A stretch of DNA of 51,349 nucleotides, from NCBI GenBank assembly GCA_003552365.1, contig PUKR01000099.1, positions 1 to 51,349 of the forward strand. The letters run 5' to 3'. Position 1 is the stretch's first letter, and each line of letters begins with the position of its first letter. The DNA is from Syntrophomonadaceae bacterium. Its GTDB lineage: Bacteria; Bacillota; Dethiobacteria; DTU022. Positions 44,113 to 51,349 of this stretch are shown here, in pieces. The notes beneath the pieces are model-generated. The model was not told where the DNA came from. It searched no databases and saw only the letters and a list, made by a program, of their open reading frames with translations. The position numbers and the translations under genes were made by a program.

Positions 44113-45510
44113 CTAACGCCCCAGTTCGGTAAAGAGAACCGTGAGCATTTCATCTACATGGTTCAAATACCGGGCTGCAGCCTGCCAGGCGTGCTGATAC
44201 TGGGTCATATTCAACACTTCTTCATCCATGTTAACCCCGGCTACCGAGTTGTGCATTTCCTCAAATTCCTTTTTTGTGCGGCTAAATGCTTCGACCATTC
44301 GCTCACTTTCCTGGGCTTCCACGCCCATCGAGGTAACCACACCCCGGTAATATTCGACCAGGGAAACTCCGTCAAGGCGTCCTTCTTCCCTTTGGTCTCT
44401 CAGCCTTGCTATTTCCAGGGCATTCTCGCCGTTGCCGGGTTCACCCGGCTCGGTTGAAGCTGCTATATTGGAAGAATCTTCAATAACTTGTTCAGAAACC
44501 CGGAAATTCATGGCCGCAGAAGATCCTTCCTCGACAGGCTCAAAAAAATTGATCCCGCTTTCCTCATGATCCAAACCGTATCCGTCACTGTGCAGTTCAT
44601 TTACTTCCTCCACAAGGGTTCCCACAACTGTGTCCAATTCATCCTGGATATGGGGAATATCTTTATTTACAGCATCAGACAATGCGATAATCCGGCCCGA
44701 GGTTAAGTTTAACGGACGCCCGCGTTGGCTTACTACTTGCAAGCCTTCACCGGAATCATCAGTCTTCACGTTCATATGTAAAGCCTGATCTTCCTGGACC
44801 AGAAGCTGGCCCCCGGCAAAAATATCAACTGCTCCGCTTCCCTTACGGTGCACCTGGATATCAACCAACTCGGATAACTCTTTTATGGCCAGGTCTAGTT
44901 TGTCCAATAATTCGTTTGAGTCTTGCTGCAAGGCATCGACAAAGCGCAGTTTATCATTTAATTCACTTATTTCATCAGCTATCCGGTTTGCCTCATTAAC
45001 CCGCATCTCCAGTTCTTCCTGTTTATCCAACCTCATATCTTCCAGGCGCATATAAACATCTTCCACCGAATGAGTTAAGCTGACCGCTTTTTCCCGCAAC
45101 CCGGAACGCACCGCAGCTTCTTCCGGGGAAGAACTCAATTCCTGCCAGGCATCGAAAAAATCATTAAGGTATTTATTAATGCCATACTGATCCGGTTCCA
45201 TCATTATCGATTCGGCAGTCATATAGGTTTCCCGGCGCATTTCCCAGTAAGCTTCGTGAGAACCGGTATTTATTTTCTGGGAAAAATAAAATTCACTGTG
45301 CATTCTTTCAACTTTTGATACCCTGACCCCATTACCGGGAGCCATGTCGGTATCGGCTACTATCGGGGAAGCCACGGATTCAAGGTTGGCTCTTTGCCGG
45401 CTGTAACCCGGGGTGTTGGCATTGGCCACATTCTGGCCGCTGACTTCCATTCCTTTATGTTGAGCTCTCAATGCTTTGCGACCGATTTCAAATGAACCAA
45501 ATATGGTCAT
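44113..45510 (-). CDS. flgK: flagellar hook-associated protein 1 FlgK
   Basis: 465-aa ORF. It has the N-terminus FEIGRKALRAQHKGMEVSGQNVANANTPGYSRQR and the C-terminus GVNMDEEVLNMTQYQHAWQAAARYL. Confidence 0.94.
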   Translation of the reverse strand: MTIFGSFEIGRKALRAQHKGMEVSGQNVANANTPGYSRQRANLESVASPIVADTDMAPGNGVRVSKVERMHSEFYFSQKINTGSHEAYWEMRRETYMTAESIMMEPDQYGINKYLNDFFDAWQELSSSPEEAAVRSGLREKAVSLTHSVEDVYMRLEDMRLDKQEELEMRVNEANRIADEISELNDKLRFVDALQQDSNELLDKLDLAIKELSELVDIQVHRKGSGAVDIFAGGQLLVQEDQALHMNVKTDDSGEGLQVVSQRGRPLNLTSGRIIALSDAVNKDIPHIQDELDTVVGTLVEEVNELHSDGYGLDHEESGINFFEPVEEGSSAAMNFRVSEQVIEDSSNIAASTEPGEPGNGENALEIARLRDQREEGRLDGVSLVEYYRGVVTSMGVEAQESERMVEAFSRTKKEFEEMHNSVAGVNMDEEVLNMTQYQHAWQAAARYLNHVDEMLTVLFTELGR

Positions 45511-45536
45511 TTTTTAACTCCCCTTTATCAACCCGA

Positions 45537-46022
45537 TTAACAGCTTTGGTCAAGAGTTTTTGGCGACCCCGGTTCTGTTCTCTGCAGCCGACCGTTTTGA
45601 TCGTAATAAGCTAGCCTGCTGGAAAGGACAAGTTCCTGCAGCTCTTTTGAAAATCTGAGACGTTCTTCCAAAAGCGCACGATTTACTTCATGGATAGCCC
45701 GAATTTCTTGAAGGGTCCTCCTGATTTCAGCCAGTTTTTCCAGTAGATCAGGCTGACTGCTTTTTTCAACATTGGCTTTAATATATTCCTCAATCCCGGT
45801 ATTGGCATAAACAAGGTTTTTACGCCTGTCTTCCAGGTCCGCAGTTTTTTGCTTTAAATCTGAGCGGGTATTTTCATCAGAGAGCAGTGCTTTATAATCA
45901 CCGCTCATCAGCTGTTTGCGCATTCTTTCTTCCATATATAGTATATTTTTGAATAATTTGGTTCCTTCACTTAAAACAATATCCAGTTCAATTACTTTTT
46001 CCCGGTAAGCGGGCACTGCCAT
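45537..46022 (-). CDS. flgN: flagellar export chaperone FlgN-like protein
   Basis: Helical protein of about 161 aa between flgM and flgK, with a FlgN-like pattern (LLEERLRFSKELQELV...YYDQNG). I prefer the ATG at 46022, after AAGGGAAG. The ORF-track ATG at 46040 has no SD. Confidence 0.7.
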   Translation of the reverse strand: MAVPAYREKVIELDIVLSEGTKLFKNILYMEERMRKQLMSGDYKALLSDENTRSDLKQKTADLEDRRKNLVYANTGIEEYIKANVEKSSQPDLLEKLAEIRRTLQEIRAIHEVNRALLEERLRFSKELQELVLSSRLAYYDQNGRLQRTEPGSPKTLDQSC

Positions 46023-46056
46023 AATTAATCTTCCCTTCATGGTTGGGTAATGTAAG

Positions 46057-46344
46057 TTAAATCTTGCCCATAAACTTTAGCATGGCCTCCGCCAACTTTT
46101 CACTGTCAACGTGGTACTCACCATTCTCAATTTTTTCAGCGAGGCTTTTCAACTGGGCCGCTTTTTCGGGGCGGGATTCTTCTTCCAGCCGATCCATCTC
46201 CTGCTGTAAACCGGTGAGCAGCTGCGAAAGTTCTTTGCGGTCTTCACCTTTAGACTTGGCCTTTTGTGAACCGCCTGAAGCTTTTCCCGGTTCCTCGGTC
46301 AGAATTCGGTTGATCAGGTGCAGGTAATTTGAACTTATTCTCAT
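46057..46344 (-). CDS. flgM: anti-sigma-28 factor FlgM
   Basis: 95-aa ORF. It has the C-terminal FlgM signature LKSLAEKIENGEYHVDSEKLAEAMLKF and sits directly upstream of flgN-flgK-flgL. Confidence 0.85.
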   Translation of the reverse strand: MRISSNYLHLINRILTEEPGKASGGSQKAKSKGEDRKELSQLLTGLQQEMDRLEEESRPEKAAQLKSLAEKIENGEYHVDSEKLAEAMLKFMGKI

Positions 46345-46426
46345 TTCCGATCCCTTCTTTCCATGAAAACTTGGATCCAGACATAGTTCTTTTAATAATT
46401 ATTAGATATTAAGTCTTTCATATACA

Positions 46427-46453
46427 ATAATCGTCAGCTGGCAAATATATTTA
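46427..46453 (-). promoter_or_regulatory. candidate sigma-28 (FliA/SigD)-type promoter upstream of flgM
   Basis: On the minus strand, TAAA (46450-46453), 15 nt, then ACGATTA. The SigD consensus as I recall it is TAAA-N16-CCGATAT. The core CGAT is kept but the match is imperfect. Confidence 0.3.
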
Positions 46454-46478
46454 AGAGGTAAATGGTGAAAGAAAGAAT

Positions 46479-48290
46479 TTATTTTTCCCAGGGGAGGATT
46501 TTAACTTCAAAATCTTCCTGGTCGAGGACAAGGCGAACACTGTTCAGCGTCCGGTCAGAGCGGTACTCTGTATTGCCAAACTTTATCCGTACATTTTCAT
46601 AGATGCTGCCCAAATGTACCTTCGACTTATATGGAACGTAAATGCGCCCCTGTTCAGAACTGACACGAGGCGATCCGGCTTCACCGATATATACATCACC
46701 GCCGGCTTCAATAGTTCCGCCACGGAACAACCGGGAAATCCTTACTTCGCCATTGCTTTTTAACTGGGAATTATAAACTCCGGGCCCGTTTATTATAATG
46801 TTCCCGGTACAGGTAAGGGCACTGTTCTGAACATAAGGCACTGTGATATCAGCTTGCCCGGTTTTTACAGCATTACTTTCATCTTTCAACTGCAGCAGCT
46901 TATCATAGACCTCCTGCAAAACAGGCCTGCCTAAGGCCTGGCTGTACTGGTAATCAGTAAAATGGGGGGCTATTTCACTGATTAAACGGGTTAAGTTTTG
47001 TGGAAGAGACCGTCCGGCAGCCTTCACAGACTTTATCAAGCTATTGGCATAGTCGGGCAGATCGGCAAATTTGCTCTGCAATAGGGAACGGACAACCGCT
47101 GCTTCCATTTTCTCCGTGTGTTTACCTTTTTGTTCCAGGGCTTTGGCAATTTCCTCTGAAGCTGCGAGAGCATTACCTACGCTCTCAGTCATATTTTCCA
47201 AAACATCATAAATTTCACCGACAACAAGATCAACCCAGCCGGCCTGGACCCTGCACTTAATGCAATTGCCTTTAAACAAAACACTTCCTCCGGCCAATAC
47301 TTCCGCGCCGGATGCATTGCCTCCCACCTCGACATCACCATCAGCGGAAACTTTCATCCCTTCAGAAATACCGCCCTGTACTTTTAAGTGACCACGAAAA
47401 TCTATATTTCCGCTTTTTATGTTCACATCGCCTTTATGGGTATAAACATCGTCAACCCTAAAGACATGGGTCCGCCCTTTTTTATAAGTAGGTGCCCCGG
47501 TACAGTTAGCAAGGACTTTAGTCTGATCTGGATTGAGAGTGGTTCCACTTTCACATTTTATCTCGGCCGGAAAAACCGGATCTGGTTGTATCTCTTCCCC
47601 GGTAACTCTCTTGCCTGATTCTCCCGGCACTGGCGGATGAATTACGGCTACGGGGTCACCTTTTTTAACTTCTTCTATCTCGAAACGCTTCCTGAGATCA
47701 ACCCGGCCCTCTTTTTCATCGTATGCAACAGCTTTCATTGCCCCCTCAAAAAGCGGCTCCACCCATCCGTTGCTCCCCTGTTTAACCGGTTTCCCCATAG
47801 CAACCTGGTGCCAGGCATTCTCTTCTTCAATTATTTTCGGCAAAACAGCCTGATTCAGTCCATAAACAACTCCCTGCGCTTTAATTTCTTCCTGGAGTTG
47901 CTCGAGGCTTAAATTTTTTATGGTTTCTTCCCTGAGCTTACCTTCTACCGTTAGTTCATCAGTATAGGGATGATCATCTATTATATAATACTTTCGCACG
48001 CCCGGCTTGTAGCGAGCTTCCGCCCTCATGCCGTCTGCACTGATCTTGACTTCAACCTGGTCAGGTTCAGTTTCTTCCCTGGAAGCAACCTCCACCTTAT
48101 CTCCGGGACATACTTCCGTTTTACCGGATATTACCCGTCCATTTACCTTTACTTCAACACCTTCGCCCGGATTAATAAATGCTCCAGTTCCTCCCTCGTT
48201 AGGAACATCGGTTACTTTAACCTGTCCGTTTTCCAGGGCAAGGAGGATATTTTTTGAAGTGTTTTTGTTGTTGCCGTCCTGCTGTCTCAT
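46479..48290 (-). CDS. FapA-family (DUF342) flagellar assembly-associated protein
   Basis: It has an N-terminal beta-rich region (VKVTDVPNEGGTGAFINPGEGVEVKVNGRVISGKTEVCPGDKVEV). It also has a beta-helix-like repeat region (GDVNIKSGNIDFRGHLKVQGGISEGMKVSADGDVEVGGNASGAEVLAGGSVLFKGNCIKCRVQAG) and a second such block near the C-terminus, as in DUF342/FapA proteins. I prefer the ATG at 48290, downstream of AAGGAG. Confidence 0.78.
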   Translation of the reverse strand: MRQQDGNNKNTSKNILLALENGQVKVTDVPNEGGTGAFINPGEGVEVKVNGRVISGKTEVCPGDKVEVASREETEPDQVEVKISADGMRAEARYKPGVRKYYIIDDHPYTDELTVEGKLREETIKNLSLEQLQEEIKAQGVVYGLNQAVLPKIIEEENAWHQVAMGKPVKQGSNGWVEPLFEGAMKAVAYDEKEGRVDLRKRFEIEEVKKGDPVAVIHPPVPGESGKRVTGEEIQPDPVFPAEIKCESGTTLNPDQTKVLANCTGAPTYKKGRTHVFRVDDVYTHKGDVNIKSGNIDFRGHLKVQGGISEGMKVSADGDVEVGGNASGAEVLAGGSVLFKGNCIKCRVQAGWVDLVVGEIYDVLENMTESVGNALAASEEIAKALEQKGKHTEKMEAAVVRSLLQSKFADLPDYANSLIKSVKAAGRSLPQNLTRLISEIAPHFTDYQYSQALGRPVLQEVYDKLLQLKDESNAVKTGQADITVPYVQNSALTCTGNIIINGPGVYNSQLKSNGEVRISRLFRGGTIEAGGDVYIGEAGSPRVSSEQGRIYVPYKSKVHLGSIYENVRIKFGNTEYRSDRTLNSVRLVLDQEDFEVKILPWEK

Positions 48291-48382
48291 CCAACAAACA
48301 ACTCCTTCTAACATTTATTCAATTCCAGTTAACTTAGAAGCTGAATTTAAAAATTCAGTTACAGCAAGTTAAAGGCTGTAGT

Positions 48383-48643
48383 TCAATGGCGCGGGTTTTT
48401 CTGCACCATTTTAACAGCGTCAAGCACTATACCTAAAATATCCAGGTCCTGCTGCATTGCTAAAAGTTCGGCCCGGCCATAAGTTTCTCCTTTGCTTGAA
48501 ACTACATAGCGCGGTGGAATTTTATTCAGCGCTATAGCGCTGATATCAAACCGGCACTGCTGGCAGGTGCAGAATTCATGGTATTTCCTTACGTCATCAA
48601 TGGTATTGGAAACGACCTGTTCCATGAGGTTTTTAAGTTCCAT
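48383..48643 (-). CDS. ComFB-family (late competence development protein ComFB-like) small Cys-containing protein
   Basis: MELKNLMEQVVSNTIDDV...FCTCQQCRFDISAIALNKIPPRYVV...LDAVKMV is the typical ComFB layout. I set the start at ATG 48641-48643, 8 nt after GAGGAGAG. Confidence 0.78.
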   Translation of the reverse strand: MELKNLMEQVVSNTIDDVRKYHEFCTCQQCRFDISAIALNKIPPRYVVSSKGETYGRAELLAMQQDLDILGIVLDAVKMVQKNPRH

Positions 48644-48677
48644 AACGATATCTCTCCTCAATTGATGAGATCATACA

Positions 48678-49799
48678 CTAAGATAAGTCTCTGTTTATAA
48701 CGTGCTCCGGTAATTCATGGTCATGGTACACCCGGTCGACAGCTACCTGTAAATCCTCCAAAAGATCTATTTCGTAGCTTTCAAGGGGGGCAAAATCCTC
48801 CCTGGCACAAATAATTCTAACCCTGGGCCGGTAGGGATAGCCATGAGTGTTATGAGTAACTACCCCAATTAGTTCGTTGGTTAGCCCGATTATAGTGCCT
48901 ACCGGGTAAGCGGATATGTGATGATAAAAAGTTTGCATCACATTTAAGTCATATCCTGTAGATTCTTCTTCCATAATTTCCAGGGCCTTGTGAGGCATAA
49001 ACCCGGGACGGTATGGGCGATCTGAAACCAGCGCATCATATACATCCGCTACCGCGCATACCCTTGGGTAAAGTTCAATATCATCCCCATTTAACCCCTG
49101 CGGGTAACCAGCACCATTCATCCTTTCATGGTGCTTGTAAATGATTGAAAGGGTGGGTCCGTTAAACAGCTGCCGCCCTTTAATCAGGTTCAAACCATAA
49201 GCAGGGTGCTTTTCTATTTCCAACCTTTCATCCTCAAACAAACGGTCCGGTTTGTTGAGTATATTTAGAGGAACCACAACCTTGCCCAAATCGTGCAGGA
49301 ATGCACCAAGCCCAATATCTTTAAGGGCTGAACGGGACATTCCCAGGGAGATCCCGGTCATGATGGATAAAACAGCAACATTAACAGAATGCCCAAAAGT
49401 ATAGTCGTCAGTATACCTGATATCGGATAAATTAACGGTGAGATTCTTATTGCTTAATAACTGGCCGACAATATCATCAAGGAGGTTAGAAAGTTCTTTT
49501 TTCACAGAAATAAAATGGGTATATTTCTTGTTCTCTTGATTTTTAATACCGGTGAGAGTATCTTTAACCAGGCTGACAGCTTTTTCCCTGGTTTCATCAA
49601 GGATAACATCTTCTACGTAAATATCCGGGATCAGGTTATCGTGAACGTAAACCCCGCGGATATTTAATTTCTTAAGCCGCTGAATGTATTCCATTTCCAG
49701 CTTAACCCCGGCATTAAGCAGGACCGCACCCCCGCTGCCGGTTATTTTTTTGGCTACTCTCATGCCCGGGCGCAAAGCCCAAACCGGGACTAATCTCAT
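48678..49799 (-). CDS. HD-GYP domain c-di-GMP phosphodiesterase
   Basis: It has HSVNV...GAFLHDLGK (HD) and HHERMNGAGYPQGL (GYP), plus an N-terminal non-enzymatic domain. I set the start at ATG 49797-49799, 6 nt after AGGTG. Confidence 0.88.
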   Translation of the reverse strand: MRLVPVWALRPGMRVAKKITGSGGAVLLNAGVKLEMEYIQRLKKLNIRGVYVHDNLIPDIYVEDVILDETREKAVSLVKDTLTGIKNQENKKYTHFISVKKELSNLLDDIVGQLLSNKNLTVNLSDIRYTDDYTFGHSVNVAVLSIMTGISLGMSRSALKDIGLGAFLHDLGKVVVPLNILNKPDRLFEDERLEIEKHPAYGLNLIKGRQLFNGPTLSIIYKHHERMNGAGYPQGLNGDDIELYPRVCAVADVYDALVSDRPYRPGFMPHKALEIMEEESTGYDLNVMQTFYHHISAYPVGTIIGLTNELIGVVTHNTHGYPYRPRVRIICAREDFAPLESYEIDLLEDLQVAVDRVYHDHELPEHVINRDLS

Positions 49800-50009
49800 T
49801 GCTCGCACCTTTTTTTAAAGATTTAGCTGTTATTTTTATCGGCACAACAACAAACCGTTTAAGTGAAGTAACTTTTAAAATATTTTCACACACATTAAGT
49901 TTATAACATATTTTACTAACCGGCAAATATATCGAATAGACCTTTTCCAAACAAAATATTTATAGTAAAATCGCGATATTTATCGATAATGGCAGCTTAA
50001 GCTAATGCC

Positions 50010-50044
50010 AAAAAAATCCCTTTACCCTTAACGGGAAAAGAGAT
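50010..50044 (-). terminator. intrinsic terminator following the second c-di-GMP aptamer
   Basis: The minus strand reads AUCUCUUUUCCC-GUUAA-GGGUAAAGGGAU followed by U7, with 10 of 12 stem positions paired. Confidence 0.65.
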
Positions 50045-50157
50045 CGACAAAGATAAGTTACTAACCATGAGCCGGCAGCCAGGCTATCATAGTCTGTCTT
50101 AACCTTAGACCCTTAGCTTTGCGCCCCTGCCTTTCGACAGGTTTGCCCTTGTCGATC
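50042..50157 (-). promoter_or_regulatory. c-di-GMP-I (GEMM-I-like) riboswitch aptamer upstream of the HD-GYP/ComFB/FapA genes
   Basis: The minus strand reads GAUCGACAAGGGCAAACCUGUCGAAAGGCAGGGGCGCAAAGCUAAGGGUCUAAGGUUAAGACAGACUAUGAUAGCCUGGCUGCC...UUGUCGAUC. It has GGGCAAACC, a GAAA-capped hairpin CCUGUC/GGCAGG and GGCGCAAAGC, close to Vc2 as I recall it. A 9-bp outer helix pairs 50149-50157 with 50042-50050. Confidence 0.78.
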
Positions 50158-50182
50158 AGGTTATTAGGATATATTCAGCTTG

Positions 50183-50211
50183 AGTATAATCAAGTATACT
50201 TGTGATGTCAA
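50183..50211 (-). promoter_or_regulatory. sigma-A-type promoter driving the second riboswitch
   Basis: On the minus strand, TTGACA (50206-50211), 17 nt, then TATACT (50183-50188). It starts 18 nt after the MORN gene stop. Confidence 0.7.
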
Positions 50212-50228
50212 TTGTTAACGGTATACCA

Positions 50229-51349
50229 TCAGCCAGGGCCTTGCCGGGTGATATTTCGTTCCATTTGTTCCCCGGTAGAACTATTATTATCTTCAATAAC
50301 CCTATAAGGTCCAAATCCAAACAGCCAAATACCCTTTTTAAACGAATGTTCTCCATGGATCAGCCGGCCGACCCCGTGGCGACGATCAAAAAACCAGCCT
50401 CCATTATATTTATCTCCGACTGCGGGCAGACAGGTTCCATAACCATGCCGCCATCCGTTCCACCAGCGCCCCCTGTAAATACTTCCACCGGGCCATTCAA
50501 GAATTCCCCAGCCATGATACCTGCCGCCGGCAAATTCACCTTCGTATTTACCGCCTTTGGCAAAACAGCAACTTCCACGGTTGTGCATTTTACCTCTTCG
50601 CCAATTACCCTTATATTCTGATCCATCAGCCTGCTTTAAAAATCCTTTACCATGGTAATCATTGTTGAAGAAATGACCCTCATAATAATCTCCACCTGCG
50701 GAACGATAAATCCCCCAGCCGTTTAACTTATCGGCATACCATTCTCCTTCATACTCAGAACCGTCCGGCCATACTTGCCTTCCCTGTCCCTGCCTGCGGC
50801 TGCTTTCAAATTCCCCCTTGTAAACAACACCGTTCCGGAAATTAACTTCACCATAACCATTCGGTCGCCCATCTTTTATTGCACCGTTATAACGAGAACC
50901 GTCCGCAAAGAAGTAGACCCCGGAATCATCGGAAGAACCTTTAACAAATATTCCTACATAGCGGGAACGATCGGGAAAAACCAGCTCACCCTCCCCGTGG
51001 GGCATGTTGTTCTTAGTTTCACCAATATATTTTGTGCCCCCGGAGTAATAAACCTTACCCCAACCGCTGTCACTACCGTGTTCGAACTTACCGGCAAAAT
51101 AGCTGCCGTCAGAAAAATAAACAAACCCCTTACCGTAAGGCAGGCCATTAAACAGTTTTCCCCGGTATTCTGATTGATCGGGAAAGAAAAATCTCCCTTT
51201 ATCAACAAAATTTCCATTTTTAAAAAAGCCTTTATATTGAGAGCCGTCTGTGAAAGTATAGACTCCCTTGCCGTGCATCCGGTTTTTTTTCCATTCACCT
51301 TCATAAGAACGTCCATCAGGCCAGGTTTGCTTTCCATAACCATGTCTTA
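50229..51349 (-). CDS. MORN-repeat protein (5' end outside window)
   Basis: More than 14 tandem YxGxWxxGxxxGxG-type MORN repeats (YKGEFESSRRQGQG, YEGEWYADKLNGWG, YKGNWRRGKMHNRG...). The frame stays open upstream of the ORF-track Met to position 51349 (..HGYGKQTWPDGRSYEGEWKKNRMHGKG..). Confidence 0.85.
   Translation of the reverse strand, partial: RHGYGKQTWPDGRSYEGEWKKNRMHGKGVYTFTDGSQYKGFFKNGNFVDKGRFFFPDQSEYRGKLFNGLPYGKGFVYFSDGSYFAGKFEHGSDSGWGKVYYSGGTKYIGETKNNMPHGEGELVFPDRSRYVGIFVKGSSDDSGVYFFADGSRYNGAIKDGRPNGYGEVNFRNGVVYKGEFESSRRQGQGRQVWPDGSEYEGEWYADKLNGWGIYRSAGGDYYEGHFFNNDYHGKGFLKQADGSEYKGNWRRGKMHNRGSCCFAKGGKYEGEFAGGRYHGWGILEWPGGSIYRGRWWNGWRHGYGTCLPAVGDKYNGGWFFDRRHGVGRLIHGEHSFKKGIWLFGFGPYRVIEDNNSSTGEQMERNITRQGPG

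Noticed and set aside
48341-48358. Perfect AT-rich palindrome CTGAATTTAAAAATTCAG between comFB and the FapA gene.
   Set aside because: The stem would be only 6-7 A/T-rich bp with no U-tract, so it is too weak to call a terminator. A protein operator is possible, but nothing else supports one.
1-51349. I searched for CRISPR arrays, IS or transposase genes, integrases, phage genes, toxin-antitoxin pairs, and tRNA or rRNA genes.
   Set aside because: None was seen. Apart from the intragenic fliY and FlgE duplications, I saw no direct repeats with regular spacing, no transposase- or recombinase-like ORFs, and no cloverleaf-like or rRNA-like segments in the intergenic regions.

Overview
Almost the whole window is one minus-strand flagellar/chemotaxis super-cluster of a Gram-positive, Firmicutes/Clostridia-type bacterium. 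I saw no credible plus-strand gene, and no rRNA, tRNA, CRISPR array or mobile element. Gene order in the direction of transcription (high to low coordinates): MORN-repeat protein (5' end outside the window) | sigma-A promoter + c-di-GMP-I riboswitch + terminator > HD-GYP phosphodiesterase, ComFB, FapA/DUF342 | flgM flgN flgK flgL fliW + 138-aa helical protein | sigma-A promoter + c-di-GMP-I riboswitch + terminator/antiterminator > flgB flgC fliE fliF fliG fliH fliI fliJ fliK flgD (TIGR02530-type gene) flgE | motA motB fliL fliN fliO fliP fliQ fliR flhB flhA flhF flhG pilZ fliA (165-aa membrane protein) two flgF/flgG-family rod genes, fliM, a short fliN paralog, fliY (with two CheC domains), cheA cheY cheD cheB cheR | secreted M14-like peptidase, FliK-C-like protein, FlhB-C-like protein | EAL-HDOD protein, YbaK-type deacylase, sigma-54 activator, SAM methyltransferase, receiver-PAS protein (3' end outside the window). 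Many neighbouring genes overlap by 1-29 nt, which suggests translational coupling. Several ORF-track starts are TTG/GTG codons lying inside the true Shine-Dalgarno (SD) sequence; I moved those starts to the SD-supported codon. The points most worth follow-up: (1) two diverged copies of a GEMM-I-like c-di-GMP aptamer, one in the flgB leader and one ahead of an HD-GYP/ComFB/FapA operon next to flgM; (2) a FliY with a tandem-duplicated CheC phosphatase module carrying four intact active-site motifs; (3) three SpoA/FliN-domain genes, with the CheY-P-binding peptide sitting on the short FliN paralog; (4) a stand-alone FliK-C-like/FlhB-C-like gene pair; (5) large, very acidic insert domains in FlgE and FlgL. 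All family calls come from reading motifs by eye. No database search was run.
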